A stretch of DNA of 64,000 nucleotides from assembly GCA_977020255.1 (NCBI GenBank), contig CDROCS010004457.1:1-64000 (forward strand), given 5' to 3'. Of the stretch, positions 21,455-32,848 are shown piece by piece. Within the stretch, counting starts at the first letter, position 1. Each line of letters starts with the position of its first letter. The position numbers and the translations under genes were made by a program. This DNA comes from Obrimoposthia wandeli. Lineage: Eukaryota. The notes under the pieces are model-generated. The model had not been told where the DNA came from. It saw only the letters and a program-made list of their open reading frames with translations, and did not search any database.

Positions 21455-22591
21455 TTACGGATTACTGGCAACCTGAACCTGATTACGACCCTCTTTTTTC
21501 GCTTTATAAAGCGCCGTATCAGCTGCCCCTAGTAACTCATCTACATTGTGATAGGTGTTTTTATCCAATACAGCAACGCCAGCACTGATAGTGACGAAGT
21601 GGAAGGGAGATTGTTCATGCGCAATTTTAAGCGCGAGGATGGAAGTACACACTGTTTCGGCCACATGCTGTGCTGCGACTACGTCAGTATCAGGTAAAAT
21701 TAGCAAAAACTCCTCCCCACCATAGCGAGCCGCCAGATCTTCGGCACGAAGCGCATTCCCCTTTATAACATCAGCGATGTTTTTCAGACATTGATCACCT
21801 GCCTGATGGCCATAGTGGTCATTATATTTCTTGAAAAGATCGAGATCTAACATGACCAACGCCAATGGCCTGTCATGGCGACATGCGCGCGCCCATTCAT
21901 TACCTAGAGTAACGTCCATACTACGTCGATTGGCTAGAGTGGTTAGTCTATCGGTATTTGATTCTTCTTTTAACTTTAACTGAGCTTCTTCAGTAAAGCT
22001 AAGTAAAGAAAACACGCCGCTTACCACACTAAAAGCAGGCCATATTACCTGCGATGACACAGCCGTTCTGCTAAAGATCTCAGGGGCTAGCTCTAGTAAT
22101 AATGAACGAGCAACAACGACTATTGCCATAAAAAAGCATGCGTAAGATAAAATCACATCAGATGGATTTCTATTTTTTTTGATATTCATAAATAGATAGC
22201 CGATAATGATGAATGCTAGAGGCACAAATAAAGCACTAACATGCAAAGCACTAGTGAATTCGCCTTGATATGTAAAGTATCCAAGAAAGAGGCTATTGAT
22301 CGAAAAAATTACCGATAACGATATTAACGGTAAATCCAACTCACATCGTTTATAGCTAAAAACAACCATACCCCAAATAAATGCTGCGGAGAGGATCACC
22401 GAGACAATTTTTAAAGGCACATTTATATCAAATACGTATAAAAACCAACTAATGAAATTTACAAAGAAAGCAATGATAAAAAACTTAATAGATTTCTGCT
22501 TTCCTTCAGGATCACTAACTCTTGTACCTGAGAACGCTAAAACTAAATTGATTAATGCCACTGTTAAAAAGTAAGCTTGTGCTGTCGTCAT
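21455..22591 (-). CDS. Membrane diguanylate cyclase
   Basis: About 7 TM segments plus GGDEF domain (RAED I-site, RYGGEEF, KKEGRN). Confidence 0.92.
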   Translation of the reverse strand: MTTAQAYFLTVALINLVLAFSGTRVSDPEGKQKSIKFFIIAFFVNFISWFLYVFDINVPLKIVSVILSAAFIWGMVVFSYKRCELDLPLISLSVIFSINSLFLGYFTYQGEFTSALHVSALFVPLAFIIIGYLFMNIKKNRNPSDVILSYACFFMAIVVVARSLLLELAPEIFSRTAVSSQVIWPAFSVVSGVFSLLSFTEEAQLKLKEESNTDRLTTLANRRSMDVTLGNEWARACRHDRPLALVMLDLDLFKKYNDHYGHQAGDQCLKNIADVIKGNALRAEDLAARYGGEEFLLILPDTDVVAAQHVAETVCTSILALKIAHEQSPFHFVTISAGVAVLDKNTYHNVDELLGAADTALYKAKKEGRNQVQVASNP

Positions 22592-23246
22592 TACTTCCTC
22601 TCAAGAAATACAGTATTAAAAGACAATTACTAAAGTATAAAACAGCCAACCATTACTGGCTTCTAATATATAGCAGCTCGCATGGAGGTTACTTTACCTT
22701 GAATGCACTGAACTTCCCAAACTTTCCTAGATAATAGTTGCCATCGATCAATACCAACTGCCGCATATCAGAAGAACTAATCATGCATTGTGGTCTCATT
22801 GTAGCTCTTACGGGAGGTCAAAAAACTAACTCTGCAGTCCAATTGGTAAAGTAGCGCTCTCAAGTGAAGAATAAATAGGTATAAAAGTGAGATAAAGAAC
22901 AAGCGCTGTATTTGAAGTTAATTGAAAGTATTAGCAACTGTTTTGTATTTTATACCTTTGATTTTTACAGTTACAGATCGCATTGTTGGCTTGGTCTTTG
23001 GCGTGTTGGCAGCGGGTAGCAATATCTCAAAAGGTAGTTGGGTAAAACTACCTTTTGTTAAAAGACGGAAAATGTATAAAGGCCAACGAACAAAAAACTT
23101 CGTTTGTGAATTGCCACAATTATGTTGGGGAAATAATCGTATTACTGAAGAATAGCAACTACTACTTGAATCCAGCACTAGCATTCAATGCCTTATAATG
23201 ATTTGATATGCCAATAATAAAAAGAACTTATTTGGAATGAACAAAA

Positions 23247-24299
23247 ATGATAATTATTAAAAAGGTTGATATCTCTATTCTCCAATTTGGTTTTATATTA
23301 ATATTTTTGTCTTTATCCAAAATTGCTACTGCAACCGAACTTGTCTTTTATAACTGGGAAAACTACATATCCCCAAGTATTATCGAACAATTCGAAACAG
23401 AAACTGAGCACACCATTAAAGTACTTATCTTCGATAGTAACAAAAACAGAAATGAACTAATAGCAAGTAAATCCAGTGAAGGCATTGATCTTGCTGTCAT
23501 TGAAACTGTGGCAACTAAGCTCTTTGGAAAGAATAACCTCCTGCAACCTATGGGAAGTATTATCCCTAATCCTTTAAGAAATACAGCTTCAAGATGGTCG
23601 GAAAGTTGTGGTAATTTTGGAGTGCCTTATTTATGGGGGACATTGGGAATAGTCTACAGAAACGATAAAGTCAATCCACCCCCTAAATCCTGGGGTGATT
23701 TAGTCTATCCCAACAAGGAGGTTCAAGGTCATATAAGCATGCAGTTAGACTCTATTGATACGCTTGTTCCCCCGTTAAAGGTTTTAGGCCTTTCTATGAA
23801 TTCAGAAAACACTGCGGATTTGAAAAAAGCTTATAATATTCTATTAGAACAAAAAAAATCTGTCTCTACATATGAATACGTCGTTAGCTATAGTAACAAG
23901 AATCAAGATGAGATCCATATGGCATTAGCTTATAGCGGTGATCAGCTTACTCTAAATGCTAATGAATCACATCAGCCCTGGACTTTTGTGGTGCCTTTAG
24001 AAGGTACTTCTATCTGGGTGGATTGCCTAACTGTTTTGTCATCTTCTAAAAAACAAAAAGCAGCAGCACAGTTCATAGAGTTTATGAGCCGTCCTGAAAT
24101 AGCAGCTAAGAATTCAGAAGATCTTAGGGTTGCGACGCCAAACTACCGAGCTAAACAATACCTAAGTAAGGAATTTTTAGAAGATGGAACCATATTTCCA
24201 TCCAAAGAAACCCAATTTAAAAGCGAGTTTTACAGAATTCTACCCAATAGTTCAATGAGACTACGTAATCGCATTATCAATCAACTTGAGAAAAATTAA
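23247..24299 (+). CDS. PotD/NspS-like polyamine-binding periplasmic protein
   Basis: LVFYNWENYISP, PYLWGTLGIVY, ALAYSGD, PLEGTSIWVDCL, FIEFMSRPEIAA. Confidence 0.85.
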   Translation: MIIIKKVDISILQFGFILIFLSLSKIATATELVFYNWENYISPSIIEQFETETEHTIKVLIFDSNKNRNELIASKSSEGIDLAVIETVATKLFGKNNLLQPMGSIIPNPLRNTASRWSESCGNFGVPYLWGTLGIVYRNDKVNPPPKSWGDLVYPNKEVQGHISMQLDSIDTLVPPLKVLGLSMNSENTADLKKAYNILLEQKKSVSTYEYVVSYSNKNQDEIHMALAYSGDQLTLNANESHQPWTFVVPLEGTSIWVDCLTVLSSSKKQKAAAQFIEFMSRPEIAAKNSEDLRVATPNYRAKQYLSKEFLEDGTIFPSKETQFKSEFYRILPNSSMRLRNRIINQLEKN

Positions 24300-26616
24300 A
24301 ATGAGATTGAATGCTAGAATACGGCTAATAATCATTCCAATAATAATTATTGGTGCTGTATTTATTAGTTCAATTATTTATCAGTTAGAAAAAAAGTCAC
24401 TTATTAGACAAGAAAAAATAAACCTGCAATTACAATCAACTAAAATGTCATTCATGGCTAATGCTTATATTGCTTTTTCAGATGCTTATTTTGCTACATT
24501 AATAAGAAGTACTTCTCTCAAAAGCGTAATGAACCAAAATGATGAGAGTTTGTTAGCTCATTCAGTTGAGAATAACTTATCTACTCTATTATCAGAGTTA
24601 TCAACACTTGAAGTGGGTACTTTTTCACTAGCAGTGCTTAATTATACTGGAAAGAAAACCTACTACTTTGAAGATAGTGATGATCCATTTTCCGAAACGA
24701 ATAGCCAACTTATTAATTATAGTAATATGCTGTATTTTAATGAATTAACGGAATATAAGAAAGTACTGCGAATTGATGGCAGTATAAAAATCATTCAAGG
24801 TAAAATACTAAATCCATTAACAATGAAAGAACCAGTATCAGAACGCCTTTATCATTCTAAGTCTATTGTGATGATGTTCGGGATGCTAGAGTTAGATCAA
24901 TTAATTACATCCTTAACCAGCAATGGATATACGATTCGTTTATCGACTAGTGAAGCTAAGAGTGATGAAGCACCTGATCATTATGGCTTGTTCGTAGCTG
25001 AAGAAATATATCCAAATTTATGGCTGCAAATAAATTATAACAACGACAAAATAAAATCCGCTTTAACCGATATGCTTATGCGGTTAATCATGTACACCTT
25101 ACTGCTAGTAGTCATTATCTCTTCATGCTTACTATTTTTAATTTCTAAAAATATAACCAACCCAATTCTAAATCTAAGAAATAAAATTTGGGAGGTAAAC
25201 AATGGTAAAACATTCGCAAAACCCAAGGAAGCGAATGATGAGATTAGCTTACTCAATGTAGCCTATTATGATTTATATATTAAATTAAAATCTTCATATG
25301 AGAAAAGCCAAGAATTATCAAATATCGATAGCTTAACCAAACTAAATAACCGTAATGTTTTCAACAAACAACTTGAAGGGTTGATGAGTAGAGAGCTTAA
25401 GAACCGGAAACTGTCTTTACTATACATTGACATTGATAACTTCAAATATATTAATGACAATTTTGGTCATGAAGCTGGGGATTTATTCTTAGTGGAATTT
25501 GCAGCATCATTAAGGTCTATTTTACGACCAACAGATTTGGTCGTAGACCGTGTTTGTGAAATATCACGCTTAGCTGGAGATGAATTTGGCGTTATTATCT
25601 ATGATTATGAAGATGACGCTATTATAAAACATATAGCTTTAAGAGTAATATCGATTTTCAAAAATGGATTTGAATCTAGTATAGGTCACTTACCTGTATC
25701 CGCTAGCATTGGTATCTCAGCTTACCCAAGTGATGGATTGACCCCGAACCAACTCATTATTAATGCTGATTCGGCAATGTACCAAGCAAAAAGAAATGGC
25801 AAAAATCAATATGGATTTTTTTCAAAAGCCCTTGCCGACAAAGCCAAAAGAGAATTCAACATAGAACTAGAGTTACAAAATCTTGATTCTTCAGAACTCG
25901 AGCTTTTTTACATGCCAATCATTGATACTACTCATAAAAACGTTATTGGTGTTGAAGCGTTAATTCGATGGTCATCTAAAAGCTTAGGTAACATACCCCC
26001 TGATGAATTTATCCCTATAGCTGAAATGAAAGGGCATTTTAAAAAAATTGACCTTTGGGTTTTTAATAATGTATTGGAAAATTACTCAGAACTTAAGAAT
26101 ATAATCGGTTCTAATAGTAAAATATCTGTCAACATTTCGTCTGCACAATTAGCCACACACGATTTCATCCCTAGCATAGTAGAACCATTAGATAGTGCAG
26201 GTATTAGTGCCGATAATTTTGTACTCGAAATTACTGAAACTTTTTCAACTATCATAACACCGCTGGTAATAAGTAATTTGAACTTATTAAAAGCGAAAGG
26301 CTTTCTATTAGCTTTAGATGATTTTGGATCAGGCTATACTTCTATTGTCCAATTAATAGACTACCCAATTGATATTATTAAAATAGATAAAAGCATGATT
26401 GATCGTATTGAAGTACAAGGTAATTCAATAGTTTCCTCACTAACTTCGGTCTGTCAGTCAAATTGTTACTCTGTAACTGCAGAGGGTGTCGAATCTATTG
26501 AGCAAGTTGCAATATTAGAGAGTATTGGCGTGAATTCAATGCAAGGTTATTATTTCTGCAAACCTTTACCGTTGCTTGAATTATCAAAAAAATACCTAAG
26601 CCACTGTTATAAATAA
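24286..26616 (+). CDS. HAMP-GGDEF-EAL protein (MbaA-like)
   Basis: Two TM with periplasmic loop, HAMP, RLAGDEF, GVEALIRW, ALDDFGSGY; overlaps the upstream SBP gene by 14 bp. Confidence 0.9.
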   Translation: MRKIKMRLNARIRLIIIPIIIIGAVFISSIIYQLEKKSLIRQEKINLQLQSTKMSFMANAYIAFSDAYFATLIRSTSLKSVMNQNDESLLAHSVENNLSTLLSELSTLEVGTFSLAVLNYTGKKTYYFEDSDDPFSETNSQLINYSNMLYFNELTEYKKVLRIDGSIKIIQGKILNPLTMKEPVSERLYHSKSIVMMFGMLELDQLITSLTSNGYTIRLSTSEAKSDEAPDHYGLFVAEEIYPNLWLQINYNNDKIKSALTDMLMRLIMYTLLLVVIISSCLLFLISKNITNPILNLRNKIWEVNNGKTFAKPKEANDEISLLNVAYYDLYIKLKSSYEKSQELSNIDSLTKLNNRNVFNKQLEGLMSRELKNRKLSLLYIDIDNFKYINDNFGHEAGDLFLVEFAASLRSILRPTDLVVDRVCEISRLAGDEFGVIIYDYEDDAIIKHIALRVISIFKNGFESSIGHLPVSASIGISAYPSDGLTPNQLIINADSAMYQAKRNGKNQYGFFSKALADKAKREFNIELELQNLDSSELELFYMPIIDTTHKNVIGVEALIRWSSKSLGNIPPDEFIPIAEMKGHFKKIDLWVFNNVLENYSELKNIIGSNSKISVNISSAQLATHDFIPSIVEPLDSAGISADNFVLEITETFSTIITPLVISNLNLLKAKGFLLALDDFGSGYTSIVQLIDYPIDIIKIDKSMIDRIEVQGNSIVSSLTSVCQSNCYSVTAEGVESIEQVAILESIGVNSMQGYYFCKPLPLLELSKKYLSHCYK

Positions 26617-26741
26617 ATATTGGGGTTCATGCTTTATTACAAGTACTGGCTCCCAAACTCCAAATGCATATTAACCTGAGGTAGTTATTCGTTACTCTCT
26701 GATCATTACAGGGCGCACTGGAGTTACGTTCAATTAGTACG

Positions 26742-26818
26742 TGGCTCTGGAGGGATTATTCGCGTACTCATCTTCCTATATTATTTTATTGAAACCTTTA
26801 CCTGAGCTATACCGCCCC
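26742..26818. repeat. Degenerate tRNA-derived remnant
   Basis: CTGGAGGGATT matches the tRNA-Arg 3' arm; continues ATTCGC like the element at 53977; CCTGAGCTATACCGCCCC resembles a reverse-complemented tRNA 5' end. Confidence 0.35.
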
Positions 26819-26921
26819 TCAACGACAGTTGTAAAAACGCTTGCCAAAGCTAATTTTGATTAGGAGAACTCACTGGAACCCAAAGGAGCTCATTTTACAG
26901 TAAATTGTTTTAAGGCCCCCA

Positions 26922-27407
26922 TTAAATAGTCCAATAAAAGCGTTGTTTCTCTTTATAAACAGCTTTGAGTTTTTGATAAAACTCTATTGCGGGAAAGTTA
27001 TCCCTTGGAGTCTGCCATTGAACCTCTGTTAGCATATTCTCTTTTGCAAAACATTTGAGCTTCTGCATTAGCTTCATACCAATTCCCTGCCCTCTCGTTT
27101 CCTCAGTCAAGTACAAGCAGTCAAGGTACAGGTACCAATCCATATCCCAGGTTGAAAATTGTTTTATTACTGACATATAGCCAAGTAGGTTATTATTAGA
27201 CTCCACAACAAAAATTGTGACGGGGAGTGTTTCTAAACTAGTTAACTGTTTATGCTGCTCACAATACTCTAGTTTATGACCTTCAAATAGAGCATGCTCC
27301 TTCATCAAAGATAGTAGGGATTCATTATCCTTATTATCTGCAGCGCGAATACAATACTTCATCTTTATTCCTATATAGCGACTTAAACAATGAGCGAATA
27401 AATACAC
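26922..27407 (-). CDS. GNAT family N-acetyltransferase
   Basis: LYLDCLYLTEETRGQGIG, NFPAIEFYQKL. Confidence 0.9.
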   Translation of the reverse strand: MYLFAHCLSRYIGIKMKYCIRAADNKDNESLLSLMKEHALFEGHKLEYCEQHKQLTSLETLPVTIFVVESNNNLLGYMSVIKQFSTWDMDWYLYLDCLYLTEETRGQGIGMKLMQKLKCFAKENMLTEVQWQTPRDNFPAIEFYQKLKAVYKEKQRFYWTI

Positions 27408-27570
27408 TTGTAATTTTTAATATCTTAAGTTTGTGTCACATCACTGAGAGGTGCTGTACCTGCTGTATCTTTAATAGACTCATCAGGTATTGTTCATACT
27501 TAGCCAAGCCAGAAAAAGTAAATCACGGCAACCATTTTTATTTATTATGATTACCTTTTGCGCTTGAACA

Positions 27571-27993
27571 TTATTTTTGAACTTCGGTCACTCGACGATT
27601 AACTGGGTAGCGTTCGAAATCTTCCCAGTAGTGAATACCACCAATCATTTCTTTTACAGCAAAACCTAAAGCCGATATTTTTAAACCTGCCCTAGACGCA
27701 CCATTACAACCAGGCCCCCAGCAATAGACCACAAACAAAGTACCCTTAGCGTATTTTGAAAATGACTCACTATCAATTTCACTGTGAGGCATACTTACAG
27801 CAGTTATTGCATGGCTTTTATCAAAGGCTTCTGCAGAACGCACATCTAATAAAATGTAGTCTTTGTTATCTTCTTTTATATCAGCGTAGACATCTGAACA
27901 ATCAGTTTCACAAGCAATTTTTGTTGCAAAAAAGTGGCTTGCTTGTTGAGCGGGTGCTGCAGGGTAAGAAAATGCGTTTGTATTAATGGGCAT
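27571..27993 (-). CDS. Rhodanese-like protein
   Basis: LLDVRS, VVYCWGPGCNGA, EMIGGIHYW. Confidence 0.9.
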   Translation of the reverse strand: MPINTNAFSYPAAPAQQASHFFATKIACETDCSDVYADIKEDNKDYILLDVRSAEAFDKSHAITAVSMPHSEIDSESFSKYAKGTLFVVYCWGPGCNGASRAGLKISALGFAVKEMIGGIHYWEDFERYPVNRRVTEVQK

Positions 27994-28625
27994 AAATATT
28001 CCTTGTATTAAGAGTGACTCTGGACTGAATCAAATCGTTCGTCTTCGATAAAGCTAATTTACCGTAATTTTAAAAAATCCAAAATTCATCAATACTGAAG
28101 GCTGTGTTCAACATAAATGAATGCTGAACAATTAAGCTAGTACTATTATGTTGGTTTGGTACTTACCAGAAAACACTGCTCATCACTCAATAGCCGGTTA
28201 AAACATTTAAGGTTGGAGCTTTATCACTTGCTCTGTTTTGCCGTCGATCCTCATACAGGCAAGTTGCAAAACGCTTATACGCAACCCGTGCAGCGACCAG
28301 CTGCCCACATTAAATAGACCTTTATCTTGGCATTTGTAACCCATAAAATCTTAACGGCGACCGCTTCTTTCATAGTGTCGCTAAACCCATTTTCGACAAT
28401 AAAAATACATGCTTAAAGAGCGCAATGAATATTTATGTGGTGGTGATCTAAAGTATGTGTATATTAGAGCTCTTCATCCGCTGGCTTTTGAACAACCTGA
28501 TGAGACTATGGCAGGATAACTAGTCATGTAAACTAATTGCAGTATGGCTTGAACTGTAGAAATAATGGTCCTATTATTTCTACACAAAACCTTAATAACA
28601 GCGACATTGGTGGAAGTGATTAGCC

Positions 28626-30020
28626 ATGAAATTTTCTTCATCCCTTCGATCTAAGTTCGCATTGGCGTTAACACTCTCTTGTGTAGTCTCAATATTCATT
28701 GTTGGCATTGTCGCCATGATGATAAGCGAAAGGCAGTTTAAAGGCATTGCAGATGAAAGATCCCTTGCTGTATTTAAAGGGCATGTTGTTGAGTATTATA
28801 GTAAATACAGATTCTCCCCTGACGCTGAGATTATGATTCATCAGTGGATGCCTATGAGAGGAAGAGGCGTAGAGCGCAGCCAAATAACCATTGATTCAGC
28901 CTCTCAGTTTGGCCTACCAGGAGGACCGCCTAATAGAGACAGGCCACAACTAAGACCTTCTATTCCACGTGCAGGGCTATCTGATGGAGACGGCTCACGA
29001 GCAAGACCGCCTAGACCGCCCGAAGGGCCATTTGGTAGAATTGCCCCTCCACAAAATAGCCATCCTAATGATCCTTACATCCTAGTTACTGCAAACTACT
29101 CAGTCTTATTAGGGGCTGGTCTTTATCGAGCGGGCTCAGTGCTTACCTTGGATAAGATAAACGAATTCTCACAGATTGAATACCAAGGCGAAATTATTGC
29201 GTACGCTTTTCCTAAATCAGCTATTGCCCTGAGTAAACAAGAGGAAAGTTACTTAAATGCTATAATCACATCTTTGATGTGGGCGGCTGTTCCTGCTATT
29301 GGGTTCGCTTTATTGTTAGCCCTGTTTTTAAGTCGCTATTTTAGTAAAAGAATTACGCGGCTATCCGCCGCGATCAACCAATTAGGCGAAGGTAATTTCC
29401 AAAACAAAGTACAACTAGAGCATGAAGAAGGTAGTGATGAATTGGGCCTATTAGCTATAACCTTTAACAGAATGGCCAATCAGCTTACTTTATCGAACGA
29501 AAAAATCATCGCGCAAGCGCAGACGCTATCTGAACTAAGTAATAGAGACGAATTAACAGGGCTCCATAACCGCCGGTACGCTAACTCCCAAGCCTTAGAT
29601 CACGTTGCGCGCGGCGCACGCTATGGTCGACCTCTTAGCGTTGCTATGTGCGATATTGATAATTTTAAAGCGATTAATGATACATATTTGCATGAAATTG
29701 GCGATGAAGTATTAAAAGCTATCAGCAAAATTTTCATCTCGAGCCTACGTGAAATTGATATTATAGCGCGCTATGGCGGTGAAGAGTTTGTCATCATATT
29801 TCCTGAAACTACGCATGAAAACGCAGCGATATTAGCGGATAAATTGAGAGAATCTATCGCGCAATATGATTGGAGCAGCATTGCTGAAGGGCTTGTAGTG
29901 ACAATTAGTATTGGAATAAGCTCGAATGACTCTCTCGATAAGTTCGAGGAAATTTTGTCAATCGCTGATAAAAATCTTTATAAAGCGAAGAACAGCGGAA
30001 AGAATAAAGTCATCGCATAA
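28626..30020 (+). CDS. HAMP-GGDEF diguanylate cyclase with Pro/Arg-rich periplasmic region
   Basis: Two TM, HAMP (DELGLLAITFNRMA), REID I-site, RYGGEEF. Confidence 0.9.
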   Translation: MKFSSSLRSKFALALTLSCVVSIFIVGIVAMMISERQFKGIADERSLAVFKGHVVEYYSKYRFSPDAEIMIHQWMPMRGRGVERSQITIDSASQFGLPGGPPNRDRPQLRPSIPRAGLSDGDGSRARPPRPPEGPFGRIAPPQNSHPNDPYILVTANYSVLLGAGLYRAGSVLTLDKINEFSQIEYQGEIIAYAFPKSAIALSKQEESYLNAIITSLMWAAVPAIGFALLLALFLSRYFSKRITRLSAAINQLGEGNFQNKVQLEHEEGSDELGLLAITFNRMANQLTLSNEKIIAQAQTLSELSNRDELTGLHNRRYANSQALDHVARGARYGRPLSVAMCDIDNFKAINDTYLHEIGDEVLKAISKIFISSLREIDIIARYGGEEFVIIFPETTHENAAILADKLRESIAQYDWSSIAEGLVVTISIGISSNDSLDKFEEILSIADKNLYKAKNSGKNKVIA

Positions 30021-30434
30021 ACCTTGTATCCAGCTGCTATTGTCAATTTACCCTACGCTGATGATTAAACAGAATAAGCATCAATAACGTGCTATTCATA
30101 GCTAATATATGCTTAAAGAAAACCAAAAAGCTGTTTTTAAGAGCGATCTCACTCTGAAAAGTTTTACTGTATTTGCCGTTAATAAAGGGCAAAAAATAGC
30201 CTTTTTTTTATCTCAAAGTGCTCAAGCGGCAACGTATATCCTCTTACTTTTTTCGTTTATGAGCTTATCTCTAATTTTCTTAAACTGCTTAGTTTTAGAT
30301 TTGTTGGAATACTAGGCATTTAACGCATTAACGCTTCAAATATCATATATTTATAGAGTTGTGTTTATATATAACGTTGGCACAAAAACTGCACTACAGA
30401 TTGCTTTAACATAGCTGCAAGCTCCCTATACTTT

Positions 30435-31112
30435 TTGAGCACATTACGGAAATCTGTCATGCAAATACTATCAAGTTATCCTACAAATACTGCAGTTGCA
30501 GAGAAAGAAACGAATAAAGTAGAAGCTGCAAATAAAACTGAAAACCAAAATACAGAAAATAAAACTTCTGACACTTCTGATACAAAAAAAACATTCAGCA
30601 CAAGAGCGGAAAAATTCTCTCAACTAAACAAAGAGTTTGATATCACAGCAAGTAATTTCAAAATTACCGATCAGTTTATTAATCGCCTAGAAGAGCTGGA
30701 TTTATTAACCCGCGCAGATGCCGAAAAACTGAGTGTAGATTTAAAACCTGAAACTAAAGAAACGGCAAGTTTGAGCCAGCTCGATACAAAAATAAACGCA
30801 TTAGTCAAACGAGTAAAGGATGAACCAGGAGTCGACAGTTTAATCACTATTTTAGAAAAATCTCAGAAAATACTTAATAACTTAGATGGGTCAAAGGACA
30901 AAAGCTTTCCAATAGATCCATCCACAGCAGCCGCTGAGCTTGATCAGTTTTTGAAAAGTGACAAATCAAGTATTCTCACTAGTGAAGAGAAGGATGCCGT
31001 AGGCGATTTACGCATAGCCTTATCTATCGCCGATAAATTGAACCCTGAACAGCGCACTTCTGCTGAAGTAAGTAAATACATGGAAATTTTAAATCAATAC
31101 CGTTATACCTAA
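30435..31112 (+). CDS. Hypothetical protein (start possibly 30459)
   Basis: Long helical/charged ORF with no recognised motif. Confidence 0.6.
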   Translation: MSTLRKSVMQILSSYPTNTAVAEKETNKVEAANKTENQNTENKTSDTSDTKKTFSTRAEKFSQLNKEFDITASNFKITDQFINRLEELDLLTRADAEKLSVDLKPETKETASLSQLDTKINALVKRVKDEPGVDSLITILEKSQKILNNLDGSKDKSFPIDPSTAAAELDQFLKSDKSSILTSEEKDAVGDLRIALSIADKLNPEQRTSAEVSKYMEILNQYRYT

Positions 31113-31792
31113 ACATTTAGTAAACTCTCCGATGTAGCGGTCAAAGCGTGTAGGACCCTTGAAAAAAGGGCTAGTCATCACCTGTAAGGGTAATTGTTTG
31201 TTTTATAAAAACAGTACTAACTACGCTAGCTATTTAATTGATAATGATCGACAAAGCAACTGCGAGTACTGACGAAGCTAACCCAGAAAAACTGTAATAA
31301 AGTGACCGTGGGTTAGTGTATTAATCTCAGATATACAAATAGGATGGTAATCTCTCCAAAAAACGCGCAGCTGCTAGTTGTTCATTAGAATGTATAATGT
31401 TCAACGGCTGCACATTTTCGAAATTTTTCATCTCAACCCTGCTCTCCAAATACCCCTGTAATCCCCTCGCGCCGATCAAGTCACGTTCAAAGCTCAAAAT
31501 GTGAGGTTGGCAAAGGTTATTTTTTGTGATTAATGGAAAAAACTATCGAACCGTCCGCCACCAGCAAAGAAAATACGACTTGTATTAAATTTTTTACAGT
31601 AAAATCGAGCTATCACTCTTTCAATAGATCATCACTGTCAATTAAAATACTTACTAGCAACATCGATTACAGTAACCTCTTTGCCTTCTAAAACTGCAGT
31701 GTAGGTAGCAGCTTTTTGCAGGGGGCTATATTAGAATGTTTTACTCAGTTTTTTTATTTTGCCCATATAAAAAACTAATTAGGAAAGGAAAA

Positions 31793-32692
31793 TTAAGTAC
31801 ACAGCTGAGTTAGTGCGTTATTAATTTTTAGCTTTAGTTCTACAGCTGCCTTCGACAAAGGGCGGTTATTGGAGCTAATTAGTTTAATAGGCTCAAAAAT
31901 ATTAGGCGAAAGAGGTCGATACACTACATTCTCTCTAGGTTCCATTGTCCTTATGTGTTGCAAATTAATAGCATCGATTATAGTGACTCCGCATTTTTGC
32001 TCAACAAAGGCCAATGCGTTTAAGCTGCCATTAACTTCAATTCTAGGATTGAAAGTTTTACCCTGTGCTATATAGCAAGCTTTAAGCGCCTGATATGTTT
32101 CGGAAGCAGGGCTGAAAGTAATCCATTCCTCACTGCTGAGTGAGCTTACGGCTAGTACTTGATTTATTGCGGCTTTATGTTCTTTGTGAATTGCGCAGTA
32201 ACAGGGTAAGCTAAATTCGATCATATCATAGCTGCCTTCATCATAGCTTTTATCGACTAATCCCAGTTCGAATTGGCCAGACGCAACGCCTTCACAAACC
32301 AAACCAGAACTCATTACTTGCAAGCTTAGCTCTAGTTCACTGTAATCGCGCAGGTAAGTGCTGATTAACTTTGGTAAGAGACTGTGCGCCGGAGCAAAAA
32401 TACTCGCTATTTTCAACTTTCCTAAATGACCATCCCTAGCTTTTGTAAAACTGTCTTGTAGACGGGTCATTCCATGCAGCACTTCTATCGTTTCTCGGTG
32501 CAAATAGATGGCTTCAGGAGTTGGGTTAAGGCGACCATTTGAACGAAAGAATAATCGGTACCCAATTAACTGCTCTAGAACATTTAACATCTTACTCGCT
32601 GCAGGTTGGCTAAAATTGAGGCGCTCTGCTGCTTGAGATATTTTCCCAGTAATCATTACCTCATGGAAAAGACGCAATTGTTTAATGTTCAT
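31793..32692 (-). CDS. LysR family regulator
   Basis: MNIKQLRLF..ISQAAERLNFSQPAAS HTH; divergent from the FAD oxidoreductase. Confidence 0.92.
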   Translation of the reverse strand: MNIKQLRLFHEVMITGKISQAAERLNFSQPAASKMLNVLEQLIGYRLFFRSNGRLNPTPEAIYLHRETIEVLHGMTRLQDSFTKARDGHLGKLKIASIFAPAHSLLPKLISTYLRDYSELELSLQVMSSGLVCEGVASGQFELGLVDKSYDEGSYDMIEFSLPCYCAIHKEHKAAINQVLAVSSLSSEEWITFSPASETYQALKACYIAQGKTFNPRIEVNGSLNALAFVEQKCGVTIIDAINLQHIRTMEPRENVVYRPLSPNIFEPIKLISSNNRPLSKAAVELKLKINNALTQLCT

Positions 32693-32848
32693 ATCAGCTC
32701 TGACTCTTATGGATATTGGAATTACACACAGCCATAACCATTGGTTATGAAAACATAATAAATATTCATTATTATAACAACTGAATTCCCCTATAATCAA
32801 TTTAAGCAACTAGTAATCCCATACTTGTCACTTTCAAGGGAAAAACCG

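Noticed and set aside
21132-21476. 114-aa plus-strand ORF
   Set aside because: No recognisable family; overlaps the 3' end of the DGC gene and the ompW upstream region.
28250-28430. Possible TetR or transposase remnant
   Set aside because: Only a vague ENGFSDT resemblance; no consistent frame or terminal repeats.
31150-31720. Open stretches on the minus strand upstream of 30435-31112
   Set aside because: No start, RBS or recognisable motif; probably eroded DNA.
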